From Nitrospirota bacterium (GTDB lineage: Bacteria; Nitrospirota; Thermodesulfovibrionia; Thermodesulfovibrionales; UBA9159), in contig CAVOUE010000010.1 in assembly GCA_963699545.1 (NCBI GenBank), positions 129,447 through 193,446 on the forward strand: a stretch of DNA of 64,000 nucleotides, written 5' to 3'. Below the pieces are notes generated by a model. The model worked only from the letters and a program-made list of their open reading frames with translations. It had not been told where the DNA came from and searched no databases. This document shows, in pieces, positions 12,190-23,337 of the stretch. Position 1 is the first letter of the stretch; each line of letters opens with the position of its first letter. Both the position numbers and the translations under genes were made by a program.

Positions 12190-12674
12190 TTATTTCTCCC
12201 CGATGAGATAGTAATATTCCAGATCGAGCAACCTTCTCTTGATATCGGTTCCCCCCGAGTATCCCCCAGGGAGCCATCGGATTCGATCACGCGGTGGCAG
12301 GGGATAATGATCGGCAGCGGGTTCTTGCTGAGGGCCTGGCCCACTGCCCTTGAACCCTTCGGGCTTCCCGCCTTCTCCGCGAGCCATTTGTATGTCCGCG
12401 TCTCTCCATAGTGGATATCCTTCAGAGAAAGCCAGACTCTTCTTTCGAAATCCGTGCCCTGAAAGAACTGGATGTCCTGCCGAAACTCCCTCAGCCTTCC
12501 CTCAAAATAGTCGAGCAACTGCTTTCTGAATGACTCAGGGGCCTTCCCTTTCGGATGGGGAGGTTTCTCCCCCCCGAACCCTATTTCCGCCAGCCTTTTG
12601 CCCGAAAACACAAGGACAAGGAGTCCAAGAGGGCTTTGAAATGTGTCATAAAAGATCCCTGCTCTGCTGCTCAT
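12190..12674 (-). CDS. ogt: methylated-DNA--protein-cysteine methyltransferase (frameshift ~12260)
   Basis: GTDFERRVW, YGETRTY, RAVG, NPLPIIIPCHRV active-site motif. Confidence 0.95.
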
Positions 12675-12719
12675 TCCTGTTCTAGACGGGTCCGGGCGAC
12701 CCCCTTTCCGCACACACTG

Positions 12720-15700
12720 CTACGAAAGGAAATCTTTCGCCTTCTCAGAAGCCTTGCTCTCCCCTTCACCTTCTTTTGCATATATCTCTACCCTGTCCCC
12801 TCCCTTCCTTATGGCCTGGGCCATCGCCTTTTCGCAGCTCAGAATGAGCTCCTCAGGCGAATGTCCGTCCAGAAAGGCCAGCCCCACGCTCACAGTGAGC
12901 CTTCCCCTGGGCTGGGTCTCCTCGTGGGAGAAGGGGTAATTCTTTATTATAGCATTGAACCGGTTCCCTAAAGAGAGGGCCGCAGAAAGGACCGTATTGG
13001 GCAGGATTACGGCAAAGGCGTCTCCGCCGTATCTCACTACAACGTCGGATCCCCGTATGTTCTTTGAAAGGAGTTCGGCGATCTTTTTCAGCACGATGTT
13101 CCCCGTATGCTCGCCGTTATCCCTCATGTACTGGCCGAAGAAATCCACATCGAGGACCATGAGGTTCAGAGGCTGTTTGTACCGCACCGCCCTCTCCACC
13201 TCCTGGGCAAGGCGCAGCTGGAAATAACGGTGGTTGAATATCCCGGTCAAGTCGTCCACCAGTCCCGCCCTTTTTGGATAGAGGACCTCTATTTCCGTGA
13301 TGTGATCGATGAGCTCCTTAATGTCAAACTTGTTTTTTCTGATGATCCACTCGATCTTCCCCATGAGCCTGATCCTGTCCTCCACCGGTATGTCCGTTTC
13401 AGTGAGGATGAAAATGGGGATATTGCGTGTCGATTGATTCTCCTTCATCTCCTTCACCACATCAAAACCCAGCATGTCAGGCAGCTCGAAGTCAAGCAAT
13501 ACCACATCGGGACGCAGCGCGGAGGCAAGCTCAAGTCCCCTCTTGCCCTCCTTTGCAGAATAGATAAGGAACTCCCCGGGATCAAAGCCCTTCTCCAAGA
13601 GCTCTGTTTCTCCGTCCGCGGCGATGATAAGAATGGTAGTGGGATGTTTCTTGCCCTTCAGGATGCTTAACCCCTGTAGCTTGTCCAGGAGGGAGTCCTT
13701 GTCAAGGGGTTTCATCAGATAATCTGTTGCGCCAAGGGCAAAAGCAAGGTCCTTGTTGTCGATGATGGAATGGATCAGGACCGGAATATTTGAAGTGGCC
13801 TCATTGCTCTTGAACTCCTGGAGCACTTCCCAGCCGTCTTTCCTGGGCAGCATGATATCGAGGAGGATAGCAAAGGGTCTGAGATCCACGGCCTTTGCCA
13901 CCGCGTCCTCGCCGTCAAATGCATGAGCCACTTTGTAGCCTGCCTGAGTGAGGTGTATGGTGAGGAGTTCGGCACTGGCGGGATCGTCCTCAACAACGAG
14001 GATAAGGGGCGCCCTTTCGTTCATCCAGGGGAAGTCGAGGTTCACCGCCTCCACCTCTTCTGCATGTTTCTCCTGTAGCTGAGTGATAAGAGGAATGGAA
14101 ACCACGAACGTGCTTCCTTCTCCAAGCCTGCTCTCCACCTTCACCTGTCCCCCGTGGAGTTCCACAAGCTTTTTCGTAAGGGCAAGACCGAGCCCTGCCC
14201 CGCCGTACTGCCTCGAGAAAGCGCTGTCTGCCTGCTCGAATTCATCAAAGATCCGCTGAAGGTCATCGGACCGGATGCCGACCCCGGTGTCACTGACCGC
14301 GAACGTCACTATCTCCTGATCCTCCCAGTCGCCATGGCCAGCTTCCTTCGCGATCGCCAGGCTCACCTTTCCGCCCTCGGGGGTAAATTTTATGGCGTTG
14401 GAGATGAGGTTATAAAGGACCTGCTTGAGCTTCATCATATCCGCGGTTATGGTATCCACGCTGTTGTTTATGGCAAGACCGAGGCCAACCGCTTTCCTGT
14501 CGGCCATGGGCTTCATGACGTTGAAGATCTCGGCGATCAAATCTTCGACGAGGAACGTCTCATAGGTCATCTCGTATTTTCCTGCCTCTATCTTGGCGAT
14601 ATCGAGGACGTCGTTCACCAGTTCCAGGAGGTGTTTCCCCGAGGAATGGATGTTCTTCACATACCTCTCCTGATTCTCGGTCAATTCGCCGAAGACCTTC
14701 CCCTCGAGGACCTCCGAAAAACCGAGGATGGAATTAAGGGGCGTCCTCAATTCATGGCTCATGTTCGCGATAAACCTGGACTTGTGCTGGCTGGCACTTT
14801 CCAGTTCCCGGTTCATTCTTTCCAGTTCCTCCGTCCTCTCCTTCACCTTGCTCTCGAATTGCTCCCCGAGCCTTGACAGTTCCTCCTCCTGTTCTCTCAG
14901 TTTCTTAAGGAGTTCCGGCCGGTCCATGAGAATGCCGAGGATCCGCGCCACAAGGCTGATCGCCCGTTTCTGACGCTCGGAATACTGCCGCAGCTTGAAA
15001 TCATCAAGGTACAGGATACCGCAGACACGGTCATTGAAGAGGACAGGGCATGCAAGGACCGCCCGTATCCCCTCACGGATGAGGGCAGGGTTGTTCGTAA
15101 AGTCTACATCCGAGATATCATTGATGGCGGTGATCTCCTTCTTCTTTATCACCGCGTCGGTCAGTCCACCGGGCATCGCCCTCCAGTGTCTGTTCTCGGT
15201 GAAGCGCTTGCTCAGCCCCCTGGCGGCAAGGAGATGTACCTCCTCACCCTCCACCCTCACAACGCTCCCTGCCTGTGAGTCGTTTATCTCCAGTGCCCTG
15301 TCAAGGACGAAGCTGACGAATTCCTCAAGGTCTTCCGCACTGCCGGCGGTTTCTGCAATGGAGAGTATCCTCTTTTGGTCCTCCATGGCCTTGTAAAGTT
15401 CGATCATCGCCTTTTTCTGTTTCTCGATGGTCTTCCACACGAACCTCGCCCCTGCGGCGTCGATGACCTCTATGCGCTCGAACAACGTTCGCATGGTATC
15501 ACTGAGTTTGGCGTCTCCGGTCACATTGATGATGATCTCTGGTCTGGCTTTCTCGGCAAGGATGCTGATATCGAAGAAAAGAGGGATACCCCATTTTTGA
15601 GCAAGGACCGCTCCGGGTGTCTCAGGGTCCTTCTCGTAAATCCCGACGATCTCGATGTCCGGGTCGCCCCTGAGCATGGACATCACAGTGCTGCCGGCGA

Positions 15701-15731
15701 TGTTGCCGCCTGCTATCGCAAGCCTGACCAT
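12720..15731 (-). CDS. hybrid sensor kinase: Rossmann-like domain, GAF, HisKA/HATPase, two REC domains, degenerate GGDEF
   Basis: FIANMSHELRTPL, NLISNAIKFT, DTGVG, GAGLGL; REC LVVEDD..LLDIMLP; C-terminal DDLTGIFNHR..RGSDVVVRYGGDAF. Confidence 0.9.
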   Translation of the reverse strand: MVRLAIAGGNIAGSTVMSMLRGDPDIEIVGIYEKDPETPGAVLAQKWGIPLFFDISILAEKARPEIIINVTGDAKLSDTMRTLFERIEVIDAAGARFVWKTIEKQKKAMIELYKAMEDQKRILSIAETAGSAEDLEEFVSFVLDRALEINDSQAGSVVRVEGEEVHLLAARGLSKRFTENRHWRAMPGGLTDAVIKKKEITAINDISDVDFTNNPALIREGIRAVLACPVLFNDRVCGILYLDDFKLRQYSERQKRAISLVARILGILMDRPELLKKLREQEEELSRLGEQFESKVKERTEELERMNRELESASQHKSRFIANMSHELRTPLNSILGFSEVLEGKVFGELTENQERYVKNIHSSGKHLLELVNDVLDIAKIEAGKYEMTYETFLVEDLIAEIFNVMKPMADRKAVGLGLAINNSVDTITADMMKLKQVLYNLISNAIKFTPEGGKVSLAIAKEAGHGDWEDQEIVTFAVSDTGVGIRSDDLQRIFDEFEQADSAFSRQYGGAGLGLALTKKLVELHGGQVKVESRLGEGSTFVVSIPLITQLQEKHAEEVEAVNLDFPWMNERAPLILVVEDDPASAELLTIHLTQAGYKVAHAFDGEDAVAKAVDLRPFAILLDIMLPRKDGWEVLQEFKSNEATSNIPVLIHSIIDNKDLAFALGATDYLMKPLDKDSLLDKLQGLSILKGKKHPTTILIIAADGETELLEKGFDPGEFLIYSAKEGKRGLELASALRPDVVLLDFELPDMLGFDVVKEMKENQSTRNIPIFILTETDIPVEDRIRLMGKIEWIIRKNKFDIKELIDHITEIEVLYPKRAGLVDDLTGIFNHRYFQLRLAQEVERAVRYKQPLNLMVLDVDFFGQYMRDNGEHTGNIVLKKIAELLSKNIRGSDVVVRYGGDAFAVILPNTVLSAALSLGNRFNAIIKNYPFSHEETQPRGRLTVSVGLAFLDGHSPEELILSCEKAMAQAIRKGGDRVEIYAKEGEGESKASEKAKDFLS

Positions 15732-16735
15732 TCCCGTTCTCCCTGCAGGTCCATCCGGATTACCATTTCGACAAAATGATCCACCAGTGTGGGGTCCCAC
15801 TGTCCGGTATGCCTTTCATCCGCGAGAACCTTCACGACCGAGGATGCCGACCTTCCTTCGCGGTAAGGTCTTCTCGATACCATGGCATCGAAGGAATCCA
15901 CTATGGAGAGCATCCTGGCGGTCAAGGGTATCTCCTCACCACGGAGGCCGTCCGGAAAACCTCCGCCGTCCCACCGCTCATGGTGGCTCCTGATGACAGG
16001 GAGGATCGCCCTCACCGAGACGAGGGGTCTGCATATCTCCTCCCCAATGAGCGTATGTCGCTTTACCGCTTCCAGCTCATCATCGGTCAGTCTCCCGTCC
16101 TTGCAAAGAAGGTCCGTGCTCACCCCTATTTTCCCTATGTCGTGGAGTATCCCCGCCTTTTTCATCTGTTCCTGCTCTTTCCTGCTGAATCCGAGGAAGG
16201 AGGAAAAGGCCATGGAGATGTCCCCGACCCGGGTGGAATGTCCCCGGGTATAGGGGTCCCTCGCCTCCATCGCTACCGCCAGGGTGAGTACCACGTTCTC
16301 TGAATGTTCCAGTTCGTCCTGGAGGGTCTTCAGCTTTATGAGGGATCTCACCTTGATGGTGAGCTCCGTGGCATCAAAAGGCTTGCTGATGAAGTCATCG
16401 GCGCCGCACTCAAGCCCGGTTATTCTGCTCTGCCTGTCGGTAAGGGCCGTCAGGAGCACGATGGGAAAGAACCGCTTTTCGGTCATGGACTTCAGTTTTC
16501 TGCAGAGTTCAAATCCGTCCATACCGGGCATCATTACATCAAGGACGGCTATGTCGATCTTATGGGTGTCGAATATGGAAAGGGCCGAGGAGGCGTCTAA
16601 TGCACTGAACACCTCAAACCCTGCGCTTGTGAAGATCGCCTCCAGCAGTTCAATGTTCGACCAGAGGTCATCTACCACGAGAACAGACGGCCTGTCCTCG
16701 GCAACAATGCCGGGCAGTGGAGCCAGTGGAGCCAT
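15713..16735 (-). CDS. response regulator with HD-GYP phosphodiesterase domain (RpfG-like)
   Basis: VLVVDD..LDVMMP REC; DPYTRGHS, LHDIGK, HHERWDGGGFPDGL, DSFDAM..RPYR. Confidence 0.93.
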   Translation of the reverse strand: MAPLAPLPGIVAEDRPSVLVVDDLWSNIELLEAIFTSAGFEVFSALDASSALSIFDTHKIDIAVLDVMMPGMDGFELCRKLKSMTEKRFFPIVLLTALTDRQSRITGLECGADDFISKPFDATELTIKVRSLIKLKTLQDELEHSENVVLTLAVAMEARDPYTRGHSTRVGDISMAFSSFLGFSRKEQEQMKKAGILHDIGKIGVSTDLLCKDGRLTDDELEAVKRHTLIGEEICRPLVSVRAILPVIRSHHERWDGGGFPDGLRGEEIPLTARMLSIVDSFDAMVSRRPYREGRSASSVVKVLADERHTGQWDPTLVDHFVEMVIRMDLQGEREWSGLR

Positions 16736-16820
16736 AAGGAAATTAAAGCATCTCGGAGCAGATTTGTCAAGATTTTTCTTTTAATTTTTTAGAGTTAGGA
16801 ATAAAACCTAACTTAAAACT

Positions 16821-17042
16821 TTACACCTGGAGCATGCGGACGCCTGCATAGTAACAGCAGCATTCATTATCAAGGTCGTTTATGAACGATCTTTCGACAC
16901 CGTCGTCAAAAAGGACTCTCACAAGACAGAAACCCCCGTCAAGGGTTGAATGGCTCTCTTCCACCACCACACCCCTGCCCCAGGCAAAATATCTCAGATG
17001 CCTGACCCTGTCGCCCACTTTCAGATAGAGCCTTGGTTTCAT
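16821..17042 (-). CDS. DUF3553-like SH3-fold small protein
   Basis: LKVGDRVRH..WGRGVVVE..VRVLFDDG; C-terminal CCCYYAG. Confidence 0.65.
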   Translation of the reverse strand: MKPRLYLKVGDRVRHLRYFAWGRGVVVEESHSTLDGGFCLVRVLFDDGVERSFINDLDNECCCYYAGVRMLQV

Positions 17043-17111
17043 TTTATATTATAACACCCCCGGACCCGTGCTTCATTGCCTTTCCTTTTTGCATTGATGT
17101 ATCATTCCAGA

Positions 17112-18115
17112 ATGATGAAACCATTTTCCACGACCGGCATAGGAAGCCTTCCCCATCTTGACCCCGGGGAGGCATGCAAGCTCATCCTCGGAAGTTTTGA
17201 CATCCCTTTCTGGCCCCAGCTTCCCCATGCTTCGTTCCTGGAGTGGATGATACCCCAGTATTCCGAGGGCATGCCCTTCATCAACATTAATATGACCACC
17301 GAAACTGTCGTTGTCAGACGGAACGAGAGCGATGAACTGGAGCGGTTTTATGAAACATGCAGGGACGGGGCAAGGATCGCGATCTCCGATGACTACGCGC
17401 GGGGACTCCATGTCTTCCTCAAAATGATCAGGGGAAGACGTTTCGATACCCTCAAGGGCCAGATCACCGGTCCCCTGACCTTCACTCTCGGACTCAAGGA
17501 CGGGGAGGGTAAGCTTGTCTATTTTGATGAAGAGCTGCGCGAAATATCATTGTTGCTTCTGCAGGCCAAGGCCAGGTGGCAGATAGACCAGCTGAGACCG
17601 CATGCTGACAACGTCTTTATATTCATGGATGAGCCGATTCTCTCTGCTCTGGGCAGCAGTACCTACCTCGGCGTGAGCAGGGAAGAGACGCTGAGACTCC
17701 TCAAAGAGACTGCGGCGGCGATCAGTGATACGGGGGGGATACCGGGGATCCACTGCTGCGCCAATGCTGACTGGACCCTTGCCATAGAGAGCGGCGCGAA
17801 GGTGATCAGTTTCGACGCATACCACTATTTCGACAACCTCGCAATCTACCGCAGCGAGATCAGGGGATTTCTCGAAGACGGCGGGTATCTTGCCTGGGGA
17901 TCGTACCGACCACCGACGATATTGGTGAAGAGACCCCGGAATCGCTCATACATACATTCAGCGCCAGGTTCGGGAAACTCAAGGAGCATATTCCCTCCGG
18001 TATCCTGGAATCTCAGACGCTCCTTACCCCTTCCTGCGGGACCGGTTCCCGGACCGTGAAAGAGACCTTAAAGATATTCCAGCTGCTCATGCGGCTCAGG
18101 GAGGCATGTGGGTAA
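17112..18115 (+). CDS. core (single-barrel, MetE catalytic domain-like) methionine synthase family protein (frameshift ~17900)
   Basis: [43 protein letters not shown](IVPT), LLTPSCG. Confidence 0.75.
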
Positions 18116-18141
18116 TCGTACCTCTTTCTAATAAGGAACCT

Positions 18142-19101
18142 ATGAAGAACTATTCGGGTAAAAGAATCTTGGTGACGGGAGGCGCAGGGTTCCTCGGGTC
18201 TTACCTGTGCGAAAGGCTTTTGCGCGAAGGGAACGACGTACTGTGTGTCGACAATTTCTACACCGGGCGAAGGGCGAATATCGCGCACCTGATCGGGAAT
18301 CCCTATTTCGAAGTCCTCAGGCACGACATCTGTTTCCCCTTGTATGTTGAAGTGGACGAGATCTACAATCTTGCATGCCCGGCTTCCCCGGTCCACTATC
18401 AGTTCGATCCCGTTCAAACTACAAAAACCTCTGTCCACGGTTCCATAAACATCCTCGGGCTCGCCAAGCGTGTCAAGGCAAAGATCCTTCAGGCGTCGAC
18501 TTCGGAAGTCTATGGAGACCCTGCCGTCCATCCGCAGCCGGAAACCTATTGGGGGAATGTGAATCCTATCGGCACGAGGTCATGCTATGACGAGGGGAAG
18601 CGCTGTGCAGAAACCCTCTTCTTTGACTACTACAGACAGCATGCATTAAGGATAAAGATCGCACGAATATTTAATACCTATGGACCGAGGATGCATCCTA
18701 ATGACGGGAGGGTGGTGAGCAACTTCGTTGTGCAGGCGCTGCAGGGGAAGGATATCACGGTTTTTGGCACCGGCAGTCAGACAAGGAGTTTCTGCTATGT
18801 CAACGATCTCATAGACGGCCTGGTTAAGTTAATGGAGAGCCCGGATGACTTGACAGGCCCGGTCAATCTGGGCAATCCCGTTGAGTTCTCGATATCTGAA
18901 CTTGCGCAGAGGGTAATTGCACTGACGGGTTCAAGATCAAAGCTCGTCTTCAAACCGCTTCCTCCGGATGACCCTGCACAAAGGCAGCCTGACATTACCC
19001 TGGCAAAGGAGAGACTCAAATGGACACCAAAGGTGTCCCTGGAAGAGGGGCTGAAACCGACAATAGACTATTTCAGGGATATCTCCTCAAAACAATTATG
19101 A
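18142..19101 (+). CDS. UDP-glucuronate decarboxylase family SDR
   Basis: [51 protein letters not shown]. Confidence 0.93.
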   Translation: MKNYSGKRILVTGGAGFLGSYLCERLLREGNDVLCVDNFYTGRRANIAHLIGNPYFEVLRHDICFPLYVEVDEIYNLACPASPVHYQFDPVQTTKTSVHGSINILGLAKRVKAKILQASTSEVYGDPAVHPQPETYWGNVNPIGTRSCYDEGKRCAETLFFDYYRQHALRIKIARIFNTYGPRMHPNDGRVVSNFVVQALQGKDITVFGTGSQTRSFCYVNDLIDGLVKLMESPDDLTGPVNLGNPVEFSISELAQRVIALTGSRSKLVFKPLPPDDPAQRQPDITLAKERLKWTPKVSLEEGLKPTIDYFRDISSKQL

Positions 19102-19155
19102 CCGAACCAGGACCGACCGGATGATTCAACAGCTGGTGCGGAAAACGTTTCTGCC

Positions 19156-19734
19156 GTGAACAGGGATATGAACACAGGGCTGTGCGGAAGTCACAGGACG
19201 GGAAAAACAACGCTGGCCGAAGAGATCTCAAAAAGAACAGGGATCCCGTTTGTCAGGACCGGTACCTCGGAGGTATTCAGGGAGTGCGGCTTGGATCCCT
19301 CCGGTCCATTGGACTTCAAGAAGAGGCTCTGGATCCAGAACGAAATACTGGATGCAGCAGAGCGTGTATGGAATGCAGGGCAAGGCCGGTTTATCACGGA
19401 CAGGACTCCGCTGGACATGGCCGCTTATACGCTGGCAGACATCCAGGGGTGTACAGAGGCGGATTTCGTCGGTCTGGAAAGATACCTTGTTCGCTGTTTC
19501 GAAGCAACGAACAGGTTTTTCGCGCTGCTCGTGTTGATACAGCCAGGCATCCCTCTGGTGCATCAGGAAGGGAAGGCTGCTTTAAATGAGGGGTACCTTG
19601 AACATCTCAACTACCTGATCCTCGGCCTTTGTCAGGATGAGCGCGTCAGAAGCAAACTCCTCTGCCTGCCGCGTGATGTGACAGGCATGGATGATCGGGT
19701 CAATATCATTCTGAGCGCTCTTGATAAAAGATGA
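19156..19734 (+). CDS. P-loop NTPase / nucleotide-kinase-like protein (AAA_28-type)
   Basis: GLCGSHRTGKTTL Walker A; FITDRTPLD. Confidence 0.7.
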   Translation: MNRDMNTGLCGSHRTGKTTLAEEISKRTGIPFVRTGTSEVFRECGLDPSGPLDFKKRLWIQNEILDAAERVWNAGQGRFITDRTPLDMAAYTLADIQGCTEADFVGLERYLVRCFEATNRFFALLVLIQPGIPLVHQEGKAALNEGYLEHLNYLILGLCQDERVRSKLLCLPRDVTGMDDRVNIILSALDKR

Positions 19735-19813
19735 TCTGACTGACAAAAGAGCGGGTTACTTGTACCCATCCCTTCTGTTAAACTGGAACGTATAGAGTCC
19801 GCGGAGGTGTGAT

Positions 19814-21599
19814 ATGGCGCAGTTCAAGAACCGTGAGGAGTATGAGCGGTGGAAAGCCGAGAGGAGCAAACAGGCCGCTCACAAGGGAACTGCACCTGAT
19901 AGTGCTCAAGAGAAGCAGCCATCGGAACCTGCCGCTCCCGAAGTGATGCGCCGGAGTCCGGGTCCCCCCGGAGGTCTCCCGGGCATCGGCGAACTCTTCG
20001 GCCGCACCTGGGAAGTTTGCAAGGGGAGATTCGGTACCCTGATTGCTCTTTACCTCCTGATGATCCTTCTTTTCATCCTGCCCTTGGCGGTCTTCGGCGG
20101 GACTGGTTTTGCTCTTACCCTTGTCCTTCCTGATCTGAAAGCGATCCTGCTCGGAGTTTCTCTTACCATCGGCATTGTCACTTCCATGGTTACGCTCTTC
20201 TGGGGAATGTCCGGACTCCTTTATGCCGTGACGGACGACACCTTGACCGTCAGGGGGGCCCTCACCAGTGGGTGGCCAAAGGTTGGGGGGCTTATATGGC
20301 TTCTTTCGGTGCTGGGATTCCTGACCACCGGCGGCTTTCTCCTCCTTTTCATACCCGGCGTGATCTTCACAGTATGGTTCATCTTCGGCCAGTTCATCTT
20401 TATTGAGGAGGATGAGAGGGGCATGCGGGCGCTTCTCAAGAGCAAGGAATTTGTGAGAGGGTATGGCTTCGATGTCTTTGTCAGACTCCTTTTGATATGG
20501 CTCATCTCCACACTCCTTGGTCTCGTCCCTTTCGTCGGGCCTCTCCTGTCGTTCCTTTTCCTTCCCTTTGTCATGATCTATTCCTATCTCATCTATCAGG
20601 ACCTGAAAACACTCAAGGGCGATGTTTCCCTATCTGCAACAGCCGGCGAAAAGATCAAGTGGCTTGGGACTGCGGTACTCGGATATGTCCTGGTCCCTGT
20701 CCTCGCAATCTCCCTTTTCGGAGCTCCACTGCTGTCGTCATTTCTTCTTATCAAGGGGATGTTGTCTTCGCCGGAGATTGGGGTATTTTCGCCCGCCCCG
20801 CCGGCGGATAAAGGCGCTCCGCAATCATCCGATGTCGTTCGTCCTTCGAACTTCAACGAACTGCTCGGTACCTGGTCGGGGAGAGAAATTGGCCGGGGCT
20901 CGGGGTGGACATTCAGCTTCTCGGAAGGCTATAACGTTCACGTAGTCGACCCGGAAGGCCGCTGGTACCGAGGGAAGGCAGGTATTCACTGGAAACTCGG
21001 CGGGGATGAAAGAGGGCTTCAGGTGCCTCCGGGGGCCGGTGTCCTTGATATCGATCTGACGGAATCCTCAGCGGGCGATTATGCAGGAAAGACCTCTGTA
21101 GGCGCCTTCTCGATCTATGGCGGCACGACCCTGAAGCTCTGCAGCGGAGAGCCGGGGAAGACAAAGCGGCCCGAATCCTTTGAGCCGACCGCCGGCATCA
21201 GGTGCTTTGAGCTTACAAAGACGGCCGCTGCTCCGCCTCCTCCGCCGTCTCCAGGGGTATCTCAGACCACTGCGCAGCCGTCAGCCGCCCCGGCGGCTGA
21301 CGATGAGGAGAACAAGGGCCGCGCGCGCCGTCTATAAACGCTGTGCCGCGGCATATCGTTCTGGTAACATCACTGAAGCAAAGACGTACATCTCACGGGC
21401 CACCCTTGCGGAGATGGAGCGGAGCGGTCAGGTCGATATGGCGATGGGGATGATCAGCGGAATGAATATCGACGAATTCCAGGCCCGCCGGGAAGGCAGC
21501 AGGATCACCTTCAAACAGTCCCAAAAGCAGGGCGACGCCACCATGAGCATGTCGTTCACGATGGTCAAGGAGGATAATCAATGGAAGGTCGGGAATTAG
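19814..21599 (+). CDS. multi-pass membrane protein with extracytoplasmic beta-rich domain, Pro linker and small C-terminal domain (frameshift ~21320)
   Basis: ~6 TM segments with LLFIPGVIFTVWF..ALLKSKEFVRG; LLGTWSG..LKLC..PGK.RPESF; Pro-rich linker; alternate frame ends FTMVKEDNQWKV. Confidence 0.65.
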
Positions 21600-21606
21600 A
21601 CCGGCC

Positions 21607-23337
21607 TCATTCTATTTGTTTGAGAGCATATCTTGCAGCGTCACGGACAGCCGGACTGGGATCGCTCAATGCCTCTTTGAGGGCAGGGATCGCATCTTTC
21701 GCGGCCGGACCGATCCTCCCGAGCGCTCGTGCTGCCTGAAAGCGGATAATGTTCGGAGAGACTTCATAGGTATTTGTTTTCTGACATTTAAGCTGTTCGA
21801 TGAGAGCAGGTACGGCCGGCGCTGCCCGGGGGCCGAAGCGGCTTAGCGCGATGATAGACAGCTGTATTACCTGTGCGCGGCGGTCCCCGAGACTTTTGAT
21901 CAGATGAGGTATCGCTTCCTCAGCCTGTGGACCGGCTGCGGCGAACATCATCATCAGCGCCTGTATGGCCGGCTCTCTGAAACGGGTATTCTCATATCCT
22001 ATCGCTTCGATTATCGCCGACAGGGCATCAAGAGATTGCGGCGTCAGCCCTTTCACATATTTTTCAAACCTGAAAAGCCTCATGTCGCGGGAATAGTCGA
22101 TTCCATCGCCTGATCCAGGTTCAGGGCCCCGCCAGTAAGCGCTGCGCCAGGAATCGGGCGGCGGAGCCTGCCGCCATGGCTGCTGGGCGGTCCACATGAC
22201 CGTGACCGATGAGGTTATCCAGACGAGCGCCCAGAAAAGCACTCTTCTGAACCCTCTCATGATATGCCTTTTGGCGCTCTGCTGATCACCGTCAGTGATA
22301 AAGAACACGTCGTGGATGTCCTTTCCCCTGGGCGGCCGGATGGCTCCGAACAATGTCTTCCAGAGCACCTCGTTCCAGCCGGGCCGGGTCGCGGGCTTTA
22401 TAACGAGGCTTCCTGACTCATCCCTTTCAGCGTTACCGATAACATAGACGCTGTCTCCGTACTGAAGGGTCAGTCTGATGGCATCACTGAATTCGTCCCT
22501 GACCTTCCGTCTTCCCAAGACGATCTCCCTCACGCCGAAAATAGCGGCCACCTCCGAGACCCAGCCGGCCCTGACCCTGCACTCCGTGGCGTCCACAAGT
22601 ACCGAACCGGTCTTGTCCTCAAGTAAAAAACGCTCTATCCGCTGGCTTGGAACCAGGTAGTTGAACATGCCGTAGGAAAGTTCCACCGCAGGCTCCCGCC
22701 CCGCTCCGGCAAGTGGTCTGACCGTGCCGCTTACCTCCACCAGTCCGATCGCCAGCGCTCCGACCTTCGATGTTGCGAGGTTTTCCACCTGACGGACCTG
22801 CCTGAACCTCCAGGTCGCGTCAACCAGCAACCATGAGGCAACCCCGAAGATACCGCAGAGGCCGATGATGCCGTCCATTGTTGTCCATCCCTTCCCTACG
22901 GTGAGCACCTCCCAGGAATTCCCGGCAGGTCGGCCAAGCGCTAAATACCCCGCGATGGGGGCCAGCCGCAACGGTGCAATTATACCCACGGCAAATATGC
23001 TTCCTGTTAACAAAAGAATGATAAGCCCGGAGACAGGCTGACGCGCCTCTCCCCTTTTAAATATCATCGAGTAAATTGCCTGCAGCAGTGCACCGCATAT
23101 CAATACGCCGGCAAATATCGGAATCCAGATGATCGAATACAGATAGACAAGGACCGAAACAACAAGGGATATGGCCCGCAGGACGATATTCCTTATGCTG
23201 ATGTTGAGGGAAGGAAGAAGCTTGCCTATCAGTCTGTCACTCTGTCTGGCAGGCGGCTTCTGCCACCAGTCGTAGGGCAGGAAAAAGATGAGGCCCAGCA
23301 AAACAACAAGGCCAACGACCAGGAAAAAGATTGTCAT
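21607..23337 (-). CDS. membrane protein with GIDE-like domain and C-terminal HEAT repeats
   Basis: VENLATSKVGALAIGLVEVSG, FLLEDKTGSVLVD, GDSVYVIGNA (GIDE-like); AIPHLIKSLGD, AVPALIEQL, AARALGRIG, AIPALKEALSDPSPAVR (HEAT). Confidence 0.75.
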   Translation of the reverse strand: MTIFFLVVGLVVLLGLIFFLPYDWWQKPPARQSDRLIGKLLPSLNISIRNIVLRAISLVVSVLVYLYSIIWIPIFAGVLICGALLQAIYSMIFKRGEARQPVSGLIILLLTGSIFAVGIIAPLRLAPIAGYLALGRPAGNSWEVLTVGKGWTTMDGIIGLCGIFGVASWLLVDATWRFRQVRQVENLATSKVGALAIGLVEVSGTVRPLAGAGREPAVELSYGMFNYLVPSQRIERFLLEDKTGSVLVDATECRVRAGWVSEVAAIFGVREIVLGRRKVRDEFSDAIRLTLQYGDSVYVIGNAERDESGSLVIKPATRPGWNEVLWKTLFGAIRPPRGKDIHDVFFITDGDQQSAKRHIMRGFRRVLFWALVWITSSVTVMWTAQQPWRQAPPPDSWRSAYWRGPEPGSGDGIDYSRDMRLFRFEKYVKGLTPQSLDALSAIIEAIGYENTRFREPAIQALMMMFAAAGPQAEEAIPHLIKSLGDRRAQVIQLSIIALSRFGPRAAPAVPALIEQLKCQKTNTYEVSPNIIRFQAARALGRIGPAAKDAIPALKEALSDPSPAVRDAARYALKQIE

